Shown: positions 53,458-64,000 of the stretch, piece by piece | Position numbering within the stretch: position 1 is the stretch's first letter | How the letters are laid out: each line of letters begins with the position of its first letter | Origin: Marsupella aquatica | Lineage: Eukaryota; Plantae; Marchantiophyta | Assembly (NCBI GenBank): GCA_973895155.1 | Contig: OZ316897.1 | Coordinates: 19,407,124-19,471,123, forward strand | Length of the DNA stretch: 64,000 bases | Reading direction: 5' to 3' | The notes under the pieces: generated by a model | The model's database searches: none | Seen by the model: the letters and a program-made list of their open reading frames with translations, nothing else | What the model was told of the DNA's origin: nothing | Program-made: the position numbers and the translations under genes

Positions 53458-53803
53458 AAGGGAGAGATTGTTAGGTATTTATTCTTAGGTCTAGGGCTAT
53501 GATTGTAATTGTAGTTAGGGCTAACCATAAGTTAACCTATATCCCATGGAGTATTTGCTTGGATAGAGGAACTCACACTCGTTGTTACGAAATTAGTTGA
53601 GGGATAAGGAGATCTTGTATTGTGGAGACTTGGTATCAATGGCCGACGAGCCTAGAATGCAATAAAGCTCTTGTGTGTTCGGACTATGGATGTAGCCTCC
53701 GGGGTAGCTTCAATTGAGGTGAACCATGTATCTCTCTATGTCGACTACTTGTGCGTTGGAGATTTCCTGTGCTTGCCGTTGCGAATGTAGCCTATGCTCA
53801 ATA
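53458..53803 (+). mobile_element. Second LTR of the same family (53469-53803) with PPT, inverted relative to the first
   Basis: AAGGGAGAGAT-TGTTAGGTATTTATTCTTAGGTCTAGGG...GAGGTGAACCATGTATCTCTCTATGTCGA...CTCAATA aligns along its length with the reverse complement of 52956-53308. Confidence 0.85.
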
Positions 53804-54396
53804 CTTTTTAGTTGCATACATGCTAGCAAAGATGTGCATTTTGTCACCTACATTCCCCATTCAATGTTTCCAGATTTGCTCCATATTGAGTGCCTGGCTA
53901 GATTCCATCTTTTGATGTGTTGTGAACCCTTTGATGGTTTGTTATAATGGCTCTATGTTTTGTTATAGTAATCCAAGGTACTGGATGAGTCTTCATAATT
54001 TTGCTGAACCAATTCACTGATTTTAATTTTATTTTAAATTCATTGAAAGATCCATAACTAACAGCAGCAACACAAGTAAATTCACAAGATTTTATGACTC
54101 CAAGAGAAAATGTCATCTCAATTTGTCAAGCAAGTGTTCAATTGAGAATCCTAATAAATGGGGAGTCTTCATATAGTATTTTTTGGCTAATCCACTTTTC
54201 ATTTTGTCGTACTCAAACTTTATATTGTGTACTTTTATTTCAATGTGCCTTAACAAGGTGCATCATTTGTATTATTTAGATTTTGAATTGACTTTGGCAC
54301 CCCTCTTATGTTTTTCTAATGTTGTTTATTTTTGCTATTCTAAGGTCTTCCTTCCCACTAATTTTGAATTTCAAAATTGTAAAACTAATCCCTTTA

Positions 54397-54640
54397 GACT
54401 AAGGAGAGTCACTACATGGAGGGTCATATATCACGTGCAACAGTTTGAGTTATTTATGATCCACCTTAACCACTTTAAATAAAGTTGTACGGAACCAATC
54501 ATATAATGAAACATATGCATTTTCATTTGAAAACCCTGTTCTCCAATAATATCTTAATAAATCATTTTTAAAATGATTGAAATGACCCAAGATTTTATTG
54601 CATATGATGTGCCACTTCTATGGAATGAGTCCCCCGAGCC
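54397..54640 (+). mobile_element. Isolated copy of the long TIR seen at 26757/29412
   Basis: GTCACTACATGGAGGGTCATATATCACGTG and ATATGATGTGCCACTTCTATGGAA match the TIR blocks GTCACTATATGGAGGGCCATACATTGCATGTG and ATGTGATGTGCCACTTCCGTGGAA. Confidence 0.65.
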
Positions 54641-55468
54641 TTAATTTAGCAAGTTTTAATGCATTTCTGTCATAGACTTGAGAGAGATTCTAAACAATGT
54701 GGACACCTGCTGTTTTAAGTTCTCATCACAGTTTGTTTCCTAAATTTACGGCTGTGATTGATTTGAGTGTCATTAGCTAAGGCAAGTGAGCCATAGGAGC
54801 CCCAAAAACATTGTGAGCCATAGAACCCCCAAAATGAGGGCTTTGGCTTGAGTTTTACGGGCTACTATTGCTCTCAGAATGCCCTCATAACCTGGTATCA
54901 ATACACTTGATGGCTCAGGAGGATAATTGTGACTAGTTTTAGTAAAAGTAGAGAGAAGTTTCACACTTTTTGAATTTAAATCTGGAGTGGTTCTTCTCCA
55001 TAAAACACTACACTTACAAAGACAAACTCACGAAGTACAATTAAAATACGGTAATAACCTATTTCAGGGCATTGTGGGCCATGATGCCCAGAAAAACAAA
55101 GGATTTAGCTCTAGTTTCAAGGATTCATTATTGCCCAGGATGATATGGTGAGCGGGATTAGGGTTCGATGCACTTAATCGCCTACAAGATTTTTAACTTT
55201 TTCCATGTTTAGTACAAATGGAGGAGAAGTTTCACAGAGATAAACGGCAAAGGGCATTAAGTTTAATTATAGCCCCACTGATGTGGAAAACAGGAGCACC
55301 CAAGAAAACCATTACAAAACAATTCGATAATAGTGCAAGAGTAATAGACTCCAATAGATACAATCTGGATTAGAACCTGCAGCAAAACGACCACATTGTC
55401 TAATAATTTAAGGAATCAAAGGTTACAAAAGAGGGGCATAACATCCGTATAATTTCTGTTACTTAATG

Positions 55469-58400
55469 TCACATTCTAACTATTTCCTCATAGAGGTCAT
55501 ATTTTGAAAATGGCCCGGTGTATCCCATGAACAACGTGGTTCCCAGTTGTCTCCTGGCGAACATGGATGATTTGGATGACGATGGAGCCAATGCATAAAG
55601 AGAATGGGCATGTTCAGCTCTATGCATCTGCGCTGTGAAAGCCCCAACAAAAAATGCTACCACTACGTTTAGGGTAAATGTTACTGCAATAGCCCAGAAA
55701 ATGATGAAGTAGGCCCTACTCCAATGGTTGTCAGTTGCTGCAGCGTACCCATCCATTATCACATACCAGTTGTTGACCACACATAAGTTGAAGGAAGTTA
55801 CCATAGCCGATCCGTAATCATTGAAGTTGTAAACCCATAAACCGGATGCAGCATACTCGGTGGTATCCAGCCTTGGGCTTCCCACAAAAACTAGACCACC
55901 AAAAAGGTGCACACCAGCAACTGAGAACAGAGAACAGACTAAAAACTGGAAGCACAGGATTGGTGCTACAGCTGGTACCATAACAATGAGCAAGCGTCCC
56001 ATGAAGCGCCACCGGTCGAAGTAACCAAGGAGAGAGATGTATCGCATCGATCGGACCACAATTGAGACAGAGATCCTGCATAGCGCAATTCTAATTATGT
56101 TTGGTGCATTATTACCGGTGATCTTGTTAAAGAGACATCTCATTAGGAGACCATTCCAAATTGGCCTTTAAAGTAATAGCCAGGTCAACAAATGGATTTC
56201 GCAGCAGACTAGGAACAAATTTCTTGTAGGGGTGCTAGATAGTATACTGCATGTCAAAGACATTTCACTTCATGTCAACATCTTAACAGGTACCACTTTA
56301 CAAGACGTCAAAGACATTTCAGTTCATGTCAACATCTTAACAGGTACCACTTTACAAGGACCAAAGCACATTAGCATCAGATCGGTCAAACGTACCAATC
56401 GAAAGCCTTTGGATACCATATAGTTGATAACTGCAAGCTGATGATCCCCACAGTGGCAATAAAATCGAAACCGTTCAAGGCAGAGTGAAAGAATTCTCGA
56501 ATTCCTCGCACATGCATTCTAAACGCCAAGTCAGTCAAGAACAACCAGCCTGTTACAGCAAAACAGGTTTAATATTAGGAATCATCACGTTAACCTCCTG
56601 GTTACGCAAGATGTTTATGACAAGTATCCTTGTGGGTCTGACCCTACTCAGATCACGAAACATCTGAAATCAGAAAAGTCATCCACACGTACCAAGCAGA
56701 AACTCGCACAAGACCAGTGTCTTTAAAGACGGCAAGAACTTCGAAGGCTCTGAAACTGACGTATCTGAAGCGTCAGCATCTCTAAGCTGCAAAGCAAGAT
56801 CTTAGTCAGTGGCCTTTTGCAACAACAACAACAACAAAAGCAACAGCGAAAACAAAAGCGAAAACAAAGAAATGGAAAACGACAAATTCATAATTGAACT
56901 TTACATAGTGGTCCAAGATAGCCACCACCACCGAGGCAAGAGTAGCAGTGAATGAAACAAACATATATCCCCCACTCTCCAGTAGATCCTCTGAGCAATA
57001 AAATCCCACATTGCTCTGCTGATTGGTGTGATGTCTTTCATGTAACTTTGCTTCTATAGCCCTCACAAACTTCGCACAAAGTATCTGAAAATCACCAAAT
57101 ATGATCTTTTCGCCCGCTTTAACTTTCAAGCCCGACAAAAGCTGATCAACAATTTCACCAAGATCATGAACGTGCCTGCACAACACACATATATTTCTCC
57201 TTAAAAACAAGAACCAAATCTACTTGCAAATTGGGTGGAACAATCTGAAGTAGCAAGTCGGGGTGTTATCCATCATCCAGAATCTTAAACAGATATCGAC
57301 CATCATAAAATGTTCGCAAGTTGAACAATACAGTTGTAAACGATTTTGTAACAAGTCGTTTCTCGTTTCTTGTTCATAATAACAATCTCACTAGGATCGC
57401 TAAAATATGCAAAGGATATCAGTTCACATAAAATGCTCTAAACGCCAACATAAGATTCAAGGTTCTTAACTTGCGGCGTTGGGATAAAATGAGTATGTAG
57501 CAACCTGTAGCAGCCGATCTGGAAAAAAAGGGTATTTGCATTTTCAGTCGTGATTCCTTCCCTATGCAGATTCAACAGATCAAAAGCTGCTCGAAGGTTT
57601 CGCGTACGTCTTGATGTGTGCTGTTGGACTTCCATAGCCAGCTGTAAACAATGCAAGTGTTGAAGATCGAAACCATGATTTGCTTGAATACCGTTACATG
57701 GATAGACTTTCTCAACGAAAATCTAGCTTCCATGAAACTAGAATGAAATCCCCTGAAAAACAATGAAATGTTTCCTGTGTACTGAGCTATTGGGCTTGCA
57801 TTTCAAATGTGCCGTGCAAATGTCATGAAGAATTCTTTTGCAATGACAACCTGTAATGATGACAGAAGAGGAAATTTCAAGCAATGTTACAAACCTGAAC
57901 TTTGTAGTTGTTGTAAATAAGAGCGAATAGTAATTGCATAAGGAAGAAAAATGCAACAATCATATACGTGAAGAAGAAGAAAAACGAGTAGCGGTTCTGC
58001 TCGTAAGTTTCCACCCACACATTTGGGTTGTTTGCGGTTGTCAGCATAATGAAAAGACTCAAGAGTGACGTTGGGAAATCCTTGAAGTTAGTATTGTTAA
58101 ATAGCTGGTTCGCAAGCCATGCTGACATTAAAATGAAGAAGATAAGCACCCCCTGCTTATCCAGAAGAAAACGTTTCAGAACTGCTGTTATGTTAGAGTA
58201 ACGAGTCGTTTAGAAGCTACGAAAATCTGTGAAGGACCCATTCAATTTACTCATGAGCTATTAATACAATTTGAACTTGCTCCCCAGACCCCGAGTTTTA
58301 TTTTCTCTTGATGATAGAAACAAAAAAAACTTCCCTCCAAAGGTCGGAGACTCATAAATGAACTCAAAGCACAAAGGGCACAAGATACACACCGCAGTAT

Positions 58401-60523
58401 CGACAAAAGTGTGTCCAATGCGCATAGTCATGCGAAAGCAATTTCGCAATGATCTGGGAAATGTGGAAAATCATGAATAAAGAACCCAGAAGAAAACAAA
58501 AATACCGAATTTCTATTCAAAGCCCTTTCAATGGTACACCCTATTGTCAACTTCCCGAAAAAATCTCCTTCTTCTTCTTTTTGCAGGCTACAAATTTGAC
58601 CACTTTTGTACTGGTTCAAAATCAGCTCTTCCCCTTTCGGAGGTCCCTTGACACTAGTTCATTCACCACCAAAAAAAAAAAAACTAGTTCATTCACCACG
58701 AGATCAGAGTTGTTCACTCGCATTGGTACTCTCATTTCAAGAGTCTTGGACGGTGGAGGTAAGAGTGATGTTTCTATAGTTGCGCTTAATAAAAACCAAT
58801 CACACTGACAAACGATAACTTCTCACAGCTGCTCATCTCAAGTGACGTGGGAGTTTTAATCCCAACAAGGTACTGAAATGCGTTCTCGTTCTTATCCTTT
58901 TTGGAAATACACGAAGATTTTGAATTTGGTCCCCACAAGAGAATGCTGGAAACAGGGCTGTTACCTGCTGAAAAATATGGGTATCAGGATGCACAGATAC
59001 ATTCCCATCGACCTGCTTTGATTGAAAAACAGCAACGGTAATTCAGGAACTGATGTGACCAGATGAAGCCCCATTGCAACAACTAAGCCCACCTGTTCAG
59101 CAATTATGTCCAAATGTCACTGAATGAGACGGCAGAGTAATGCAACGAAAACGTCATGGAACTAACAATACTGCAAAAAACATACGTTATCGTCATTGAT
59201 GAGCATTAGAATCTACTGAAGCTGCCAACTATTGGAAACGAGAGGTAAGATCCTCAACCAAGTTAGTGTAGCTTGCCTTTATCCTAGTCGGCCAATCATC
59301 CCAGAAAGTCAGATATTGGTAATAGTGCTGCAAAAGTAGTGACACAACCAGGGGCAATACAGATATGAACTGCACATGAAAAGACGACGGGAACGATTAA
59401 GTAACTATTCATTTGCATGGCACTGAACGTTGAATTAATGACGTCCTGCCAAAGGCCGTGGGAGACATGTGAAGCAGGTCTTGGCCCAGAATCCGTTTGC
59501 ATGATAAGAATTCAAGATCGTTACGGCAGCATACCTCAAAAGCACTAGAAACCAACGGGTGGAGATACCTAACACCACTCAACAGATACTTAGTGGTTTC
59601 GTCACAATGGCCGTTTCTACTACACCACTCAGGCTCCTGTCATTCAGATACAAGTAGGGTGAGATGGAGGTTCACGATGATAGATATAACAACTCTTTTT
59701 CCTCTGCAATGTTTTCTGAAATAGTTAAAGCAGATACAAATCGCGGTGGCGTACGTACAATAGTCTTCCTCTGCTTCTTCTTCAGTGACTATTTTGATGT
59801 CTTACTCAAATCCCAACTTCCAGCTTTAGTAAACCAATTCGTAATGCTTCAGTTTAAACTCAGACGGTAGATTACAATTCAAAAAAACCGTTCTGATGAG
59901 AATTACAAACACTGGTCACAAGTGGCACAATTTTGTTCGTACCTCAAAGAAAGGAAGTAAAGTCAAGATCACCATGGAAGCACATCTTATGTAGAAAAGG
60001 CTATTGTAGATTGCATAACAGCGCTTCGCTTTTGAATAGTTCTTATGCTTTAGTACTTCCAGGGGCATCAAATGCCTCGCCAGAGCCTGCAGAATCGATC
60101 ACATTAATCACTCCAGGAATGTTGCGTGTGATGCAAGGGCCTTTCAGAATCACAAGACTTCTTTCGATCGAAACTGTTTTCTAAAAAATTGATGTCTAAA
60201 CTTTCAATAAAAACTCAGACTTATCACTTTACTTAGTTTGCCAGGAAATACAATGTCCAATATACATAGAAACTAATCCTCTTGGTGAAAGGGATGCTTA
60301 ACGTTCTTTAGGAAATGCTGACACAATTTCTCGTATGTGGCTAGTGTAAATAACCCTCTCTTAATACTAGCTTGCTCGTTACCTGGTCGATCAGGTACGC
60401 GGCCTTTTGTATGGCTGAGAAGGGCACGCTTTCTTCCTCCGTCGGCTGTGGAGATTGGAGCTTATCGTCGTTCGCAGTAGCGGTCAGCAAAGGACGATTG
60501 CTTTCGACTGAAATCTCCCCCAT
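55469..60523 (-). CDS. TPC: Two-pore channel, divergent TPC1b-like type; exons 60523-60383, 60086-59943, 59636-59535, 59369-59277, 59092-58965, 58453-58393, 58152-57895, 57641-57505, 57175-56905, 56786-56693, 56549-56396, 56075-55469
   Basis: Collinear with plant TPC1: IQKAAYLIDQ, FFEEPEWC, pore I LFIMLTTANNPNVW, LFALIYNNYK, EF region LRAAFDLL...FFQIGCYR, NGFDFIAT, GVHLFGG, YNFNDYGSAMVTSFNLCVVNNWYVIMDGY, LNVVVAFFV. Intron 4 uses a GC donor (AAG|GCAAGC). Confidence 0.93.
56252..56358. repeat. Tandem duplication, ~54-bp unit x2, in a TPC intron
   Basis: GTCAAAGACATTTCA(C/G)TTCATGTCAACATCTTAACAGGTACCACTTTACAAG twice. Confidence 0.9.
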
Positions 60524-61843
60524 TGTGAACCGAATCCAAGCGAAAATGAATTATCTGCCACTCCTACCGCCCGCATTAAAAATCGGACAGAGCCATCCGC
60601 TTATAGCCATTCGTGGCCCAATTCTAGAGGCACTTCAACAGATAAAGTGAGTATCAGGCAAGAGCTGTCTTTAGAACTCGAAATGCCGTTATCCAGCTTG
60701 AAATTGTTTGTTCCCGACGTCAATGCCTCTTATCCTGTAAATATCAACAAATGCGACACAAGCAGAGTCACACGTTGTGAGCCTATGCTACTGAAACAGT
60801 CAGGGAAATCTCTGGACCACTCGCTGCTCAACTGCTACTGTCTATGAGAGTCTACTAATTTTCCGAACAGTATGGAAGCTGACTAACCTTAAGACACTTT
60901 GCGTCAGATAATGTGACCAGCATCAAATAAATACTTTCTTCATCACGACATATCTAGTACTTCTCGCCGCCCAGACAGCACGAAGATATCAATTAATTTG
61001 AGAGGGGGGGAAGCAATCCACATCACCTCCAATTAAGTCAGATGCAAATGGAATCAGTTCTTCAGCTCAGGAATTAATGCCTATGCTTCACATGTTCACA
61101 TCCAAGGCCACGGGAGGTTCTTCGATTTCTGCACTAAACTGAAATTCAACGCATGCATCCCCTTGTACCAGTACCCCCATCGCTTCTTGACTGCGTATAT
61201 AAGTAGGAATAGCATTTGTTCTGTCCCGATCACCCCGGACTGCATGCAAACAGGACTTCTTCGGTCAGCTCTAACTTCAGCCAATGATAATCGAGGACTA
61301 TAACTCACCTCAGCAAGGCCAGGAGTAACTCTATAGTAACCCCACCATGTCTTCCACCTTCTCCTTCGGACGCGAGCAATGATTCATCCAACAACTGAAG
61401 ACGACAACTGTCGCATCTCGTCCTTTTCGAGTTACTGAAACCGGTGTTCCAATCGAATTAACTAGACCGAAATCACACTGACGAAGAAGCCCTTTCAACT
61501 CATTCCCTGACACACCATCTCGCTCGCCTCCATCGTAGAGCAGCAGTTTCAACTCTCATGAAATTTGACGGAAAATATTGTTTGACTTGCAAAGGCCATG
61601 GAAATTAGATTTGTAGAACTGCGACCTGATTACCAACCACAAAACATTTTCTTTCTTTCAAAGCTCATCTGTAAAGAAACAGAGTGCAACGTGTTGCGAT
61701 CACAGCTTTTACCTGACCGAATCTTCCACCACAACCGATGTACAATTTTAACCTCTAGTATTTGGACTACTGACACTGAAATACTTCCTCACATCATTTC
61801 TAGTTTCTCCGGGACTCGTCCACGATTACTGACAATTGACCGA

Positions 61844-62127
61844 CTCTGGGACGATCCACTTCTTCACTAACGCATTGAAGCAAATCAAATCAAAACAAAA
61901 TCATTCACTCGAATCCATTCTCTCTGGGACGATCCACTTCTTCACGAACGCATTGAAGCAAATCAAATCAAAACAATATCGTTCACTCGAAACCGAATGG
62001 ATTGATTTAATTTTGTTGCAAGGGTCGTGTGCTAAGGATCCTATGTTTTTTAGTCCTTAGTCCCAATACAAATAACTACAAAAAAGTTTTCTAGTCCTTA
62101 GTCCCAATACAAATAACTACAAAAAAG
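61844..62127. repeat. Two adjacent tandem duplications (78-bp x2 and ~40-bp x2)
   Basis: CTCTGGGACGATCCACTTCTTCAC.AACGCATTGAAGCAAATCAAATCAAAACAA.ATC.TTCACTCGAA twice, then TAGTCCTTAGTCCCAATACAAATAACTACAAAAAAG twice. Confidence 0.88.
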
Positions 62128-62849
62128 CTCCTGGGCCAGAAAAATCTTTCTCTGGGCGAGAAAGATCTGCAGCCGTTGGATTTGTTTGACTGGTTTCCCT
62201 GACCATTGATAAAGAAAATAGGCACCCGTAGCGCGTATGTGTTTCCCCACACTACCCCATAAATGCCCTACCTCGACTCCCTATGGGTCGGCCCTCATTG
62301 CGCCATGCAACGCAGGGGCATAGTGGTTGTTAACAATAAAAAAGAAGGGGGCCCAACTCCCTATGGGCCGGCCCTCCTTGCACCGTGCAACGCAAGAGCA
62401 TAGTGGTCATTACTAATAAAAAAAGAACAGAACTTTGGTGTGTGAATCTGGAGCTATAGTACCAGAGGGGCAGCATTCTGACCACATTTGCAGTCTCTTC
62501 AGCATTCACAAGGTCAGAAATGTGTCTCTCACATAGGGCGGAATTTATATCAAAAGCTATGATACAAGCTTGCATCTTTGTATACAGCAGTGGTCGTCAT
62601 TCAAATTTGAAGTGTCCCCAAAATGACAACAATAAAAGACTCTAACTAAAGAGAATAAATAAAACAAAAGGAACATTTAATTTAGTGTGAATGAAAACTA
62701 AATGCACTATTTCCAAGCAAGATGGGATCCAACATGGCAAAGAAAATGGGGATGGCCTCTATCAATGAGGAGGCTTCTCTTTATAAACTCACTAAAAAGT
62801 GTGAACCAATCCTAGTCCTTCATTAAAAATTTGTTTTCCTTATTTTCCC

Positions 62850-63480
62850 AACACCATCAGATCCATCCATACCCCTTTCAATCTCAATTGCCTCTGCCCG
62901 AGTTGCATGTAGCCTGCCCAAACCTGACCAATGAAGATGAAAAATGTATTGCAAATTTAATGAATATTTAACTATTAAAATAAATTGGAATTTAAAGAAT
63001 TGGATATTAGTTTAAGATTTTTGAAAAAGACTTGAGTATAAATAACATATATGTAATATTTATTTCTTTAAAAATTTAAAACAAAAAAATCTATTTTTTC
63101 CTATCGTTGCGCTTGGACTCTATGATGTAGTGGCCGTTATCTTGCGTCCTCCAATTTTTATGTGCAATGCATAGGTTATGGAATATCACCACAACAACTT
63201 TACCTTGCCTTGACATCTTTTTCTCATCTCATCATTTTTCTCACATTGACAGCTTTTCTCTTCTTGACATCTTTTTCTCACCGCACCAAAGTTTCTCACC
63301 TCCACATCTCACATTTTTCTCACCTTGACATTTGTATCTCACCACAACATCTTTCTCTCACCTTGATTTTTTTTCTCTCCTCGACATCTTTTTCTCATCA
63401 TTCTTTACATCTTTTCTCTGCCTTGACATCTCTTTCTCTCATGACATCATTTTTCTCACCTCAACATCTTTTGTGCAATG
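62850..63480 (-). mobile_element. Inverted, diverged copy of the repeat family at 9.2-11.75 kb
   Basis: Reverse complement contains the 20-bp minisatellite and GTTGTTGTGGT...GATA(A/G)CGGCCAC...CATCAT...TCCAAGC...GATAGGAAAA (cf. 11168-11250), plus TGGATCTGATG (cf. 9938). Confidence 0.65.
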
Positions 63481-64000
63481 CACCGGCATCAAACTATCCA
63501 AAATAAAGCAATGTGGGGCTTCTTATCATACTAGCCCCTTCTTTGAACTCTTTCTTTGAACGTGAATAGCTTAAGAGTACAATTTTTGTGTCACCCAAAT
63601 ATATTTTCTATTCACATATATTCTTATGGAGAGAGGACAATTAATAGAAGTGTCACTCACCAAGATATATTCCCTGTTCACATTCTTTGAAGTTAATGAT
63701 AGGTGAATGAAATGAAAAAAAAAATATCATGCATAATTATTATCATTTTAATAATCATGCATATTAACATACCATTCCTCTTTCTATGCACCTCCCTCTT
63801 TCTATGCACATGTGTAGGTGTGAGGCCATATAGCTCATTTTTTGAATGCAAATAAAGATCATCACAAAAAGCATACATGATCATCATTTGACAATTTGCT
63901 TATATCCTAGTTATGAGTTTTCCATCCACATGAGTTATAGTAATCTATAGATTTCAATCTAGAAACCTAAGCCCCAACTCTAGCTTGTAGTTGGCGCTTT

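Noticed and set aside
15362-60523. H+-ATPase, PEAMT and Na+-type TPC as a salt/osmotic-stress gene cluster
   Set aside because: Genes are spread over 45 kb, separated by transposons, with no shared regulatory motif visible; adjacency alone is not evidence.

Overview
Eukaryotic nuclear DNA from a land plant, most likely a bryophyte (liverwort-like; inferred from gene types, not proven). Reading splice sites by hand gives six protein-coding genes: an intronless, GC-rich secreted PAN/Apple-like cysteine protein (4722-5282 +); 40S ribosomal protein S9/uS4 (12917-14090 -); a divergently transcribed P3A plasma-membrane H+-ATPase (15362 to ~21571 +) with a GC-AG intron and no canonical C-terminal YTV; an ABA2/TS2-type short-chain dehydrogenase (40210-41763 +); phosphoethanolamine N-methyltransferase (45380-49149 -) with an intact conserved-peptide uORF that the ORF track misses (49328-49405); and a two-pore channel (55469-60523 -) with animal-type TAN/VNN filters, degenerate EF hands and a reduced voltage sensor. 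Intergenic space holds decayed transposons: a Copia remnant with a TSD-flanked solo LTR, an inverted LTR pair, a long-TIR element, a Plavaka-like transposase remnant and a possible ~4 kb LTR. There are also several minisatellites and a miRNA-like hairpin near 1.45 kb. All exon boundaries and family assignments come from visual reading and remembered motifs; no searches were run.
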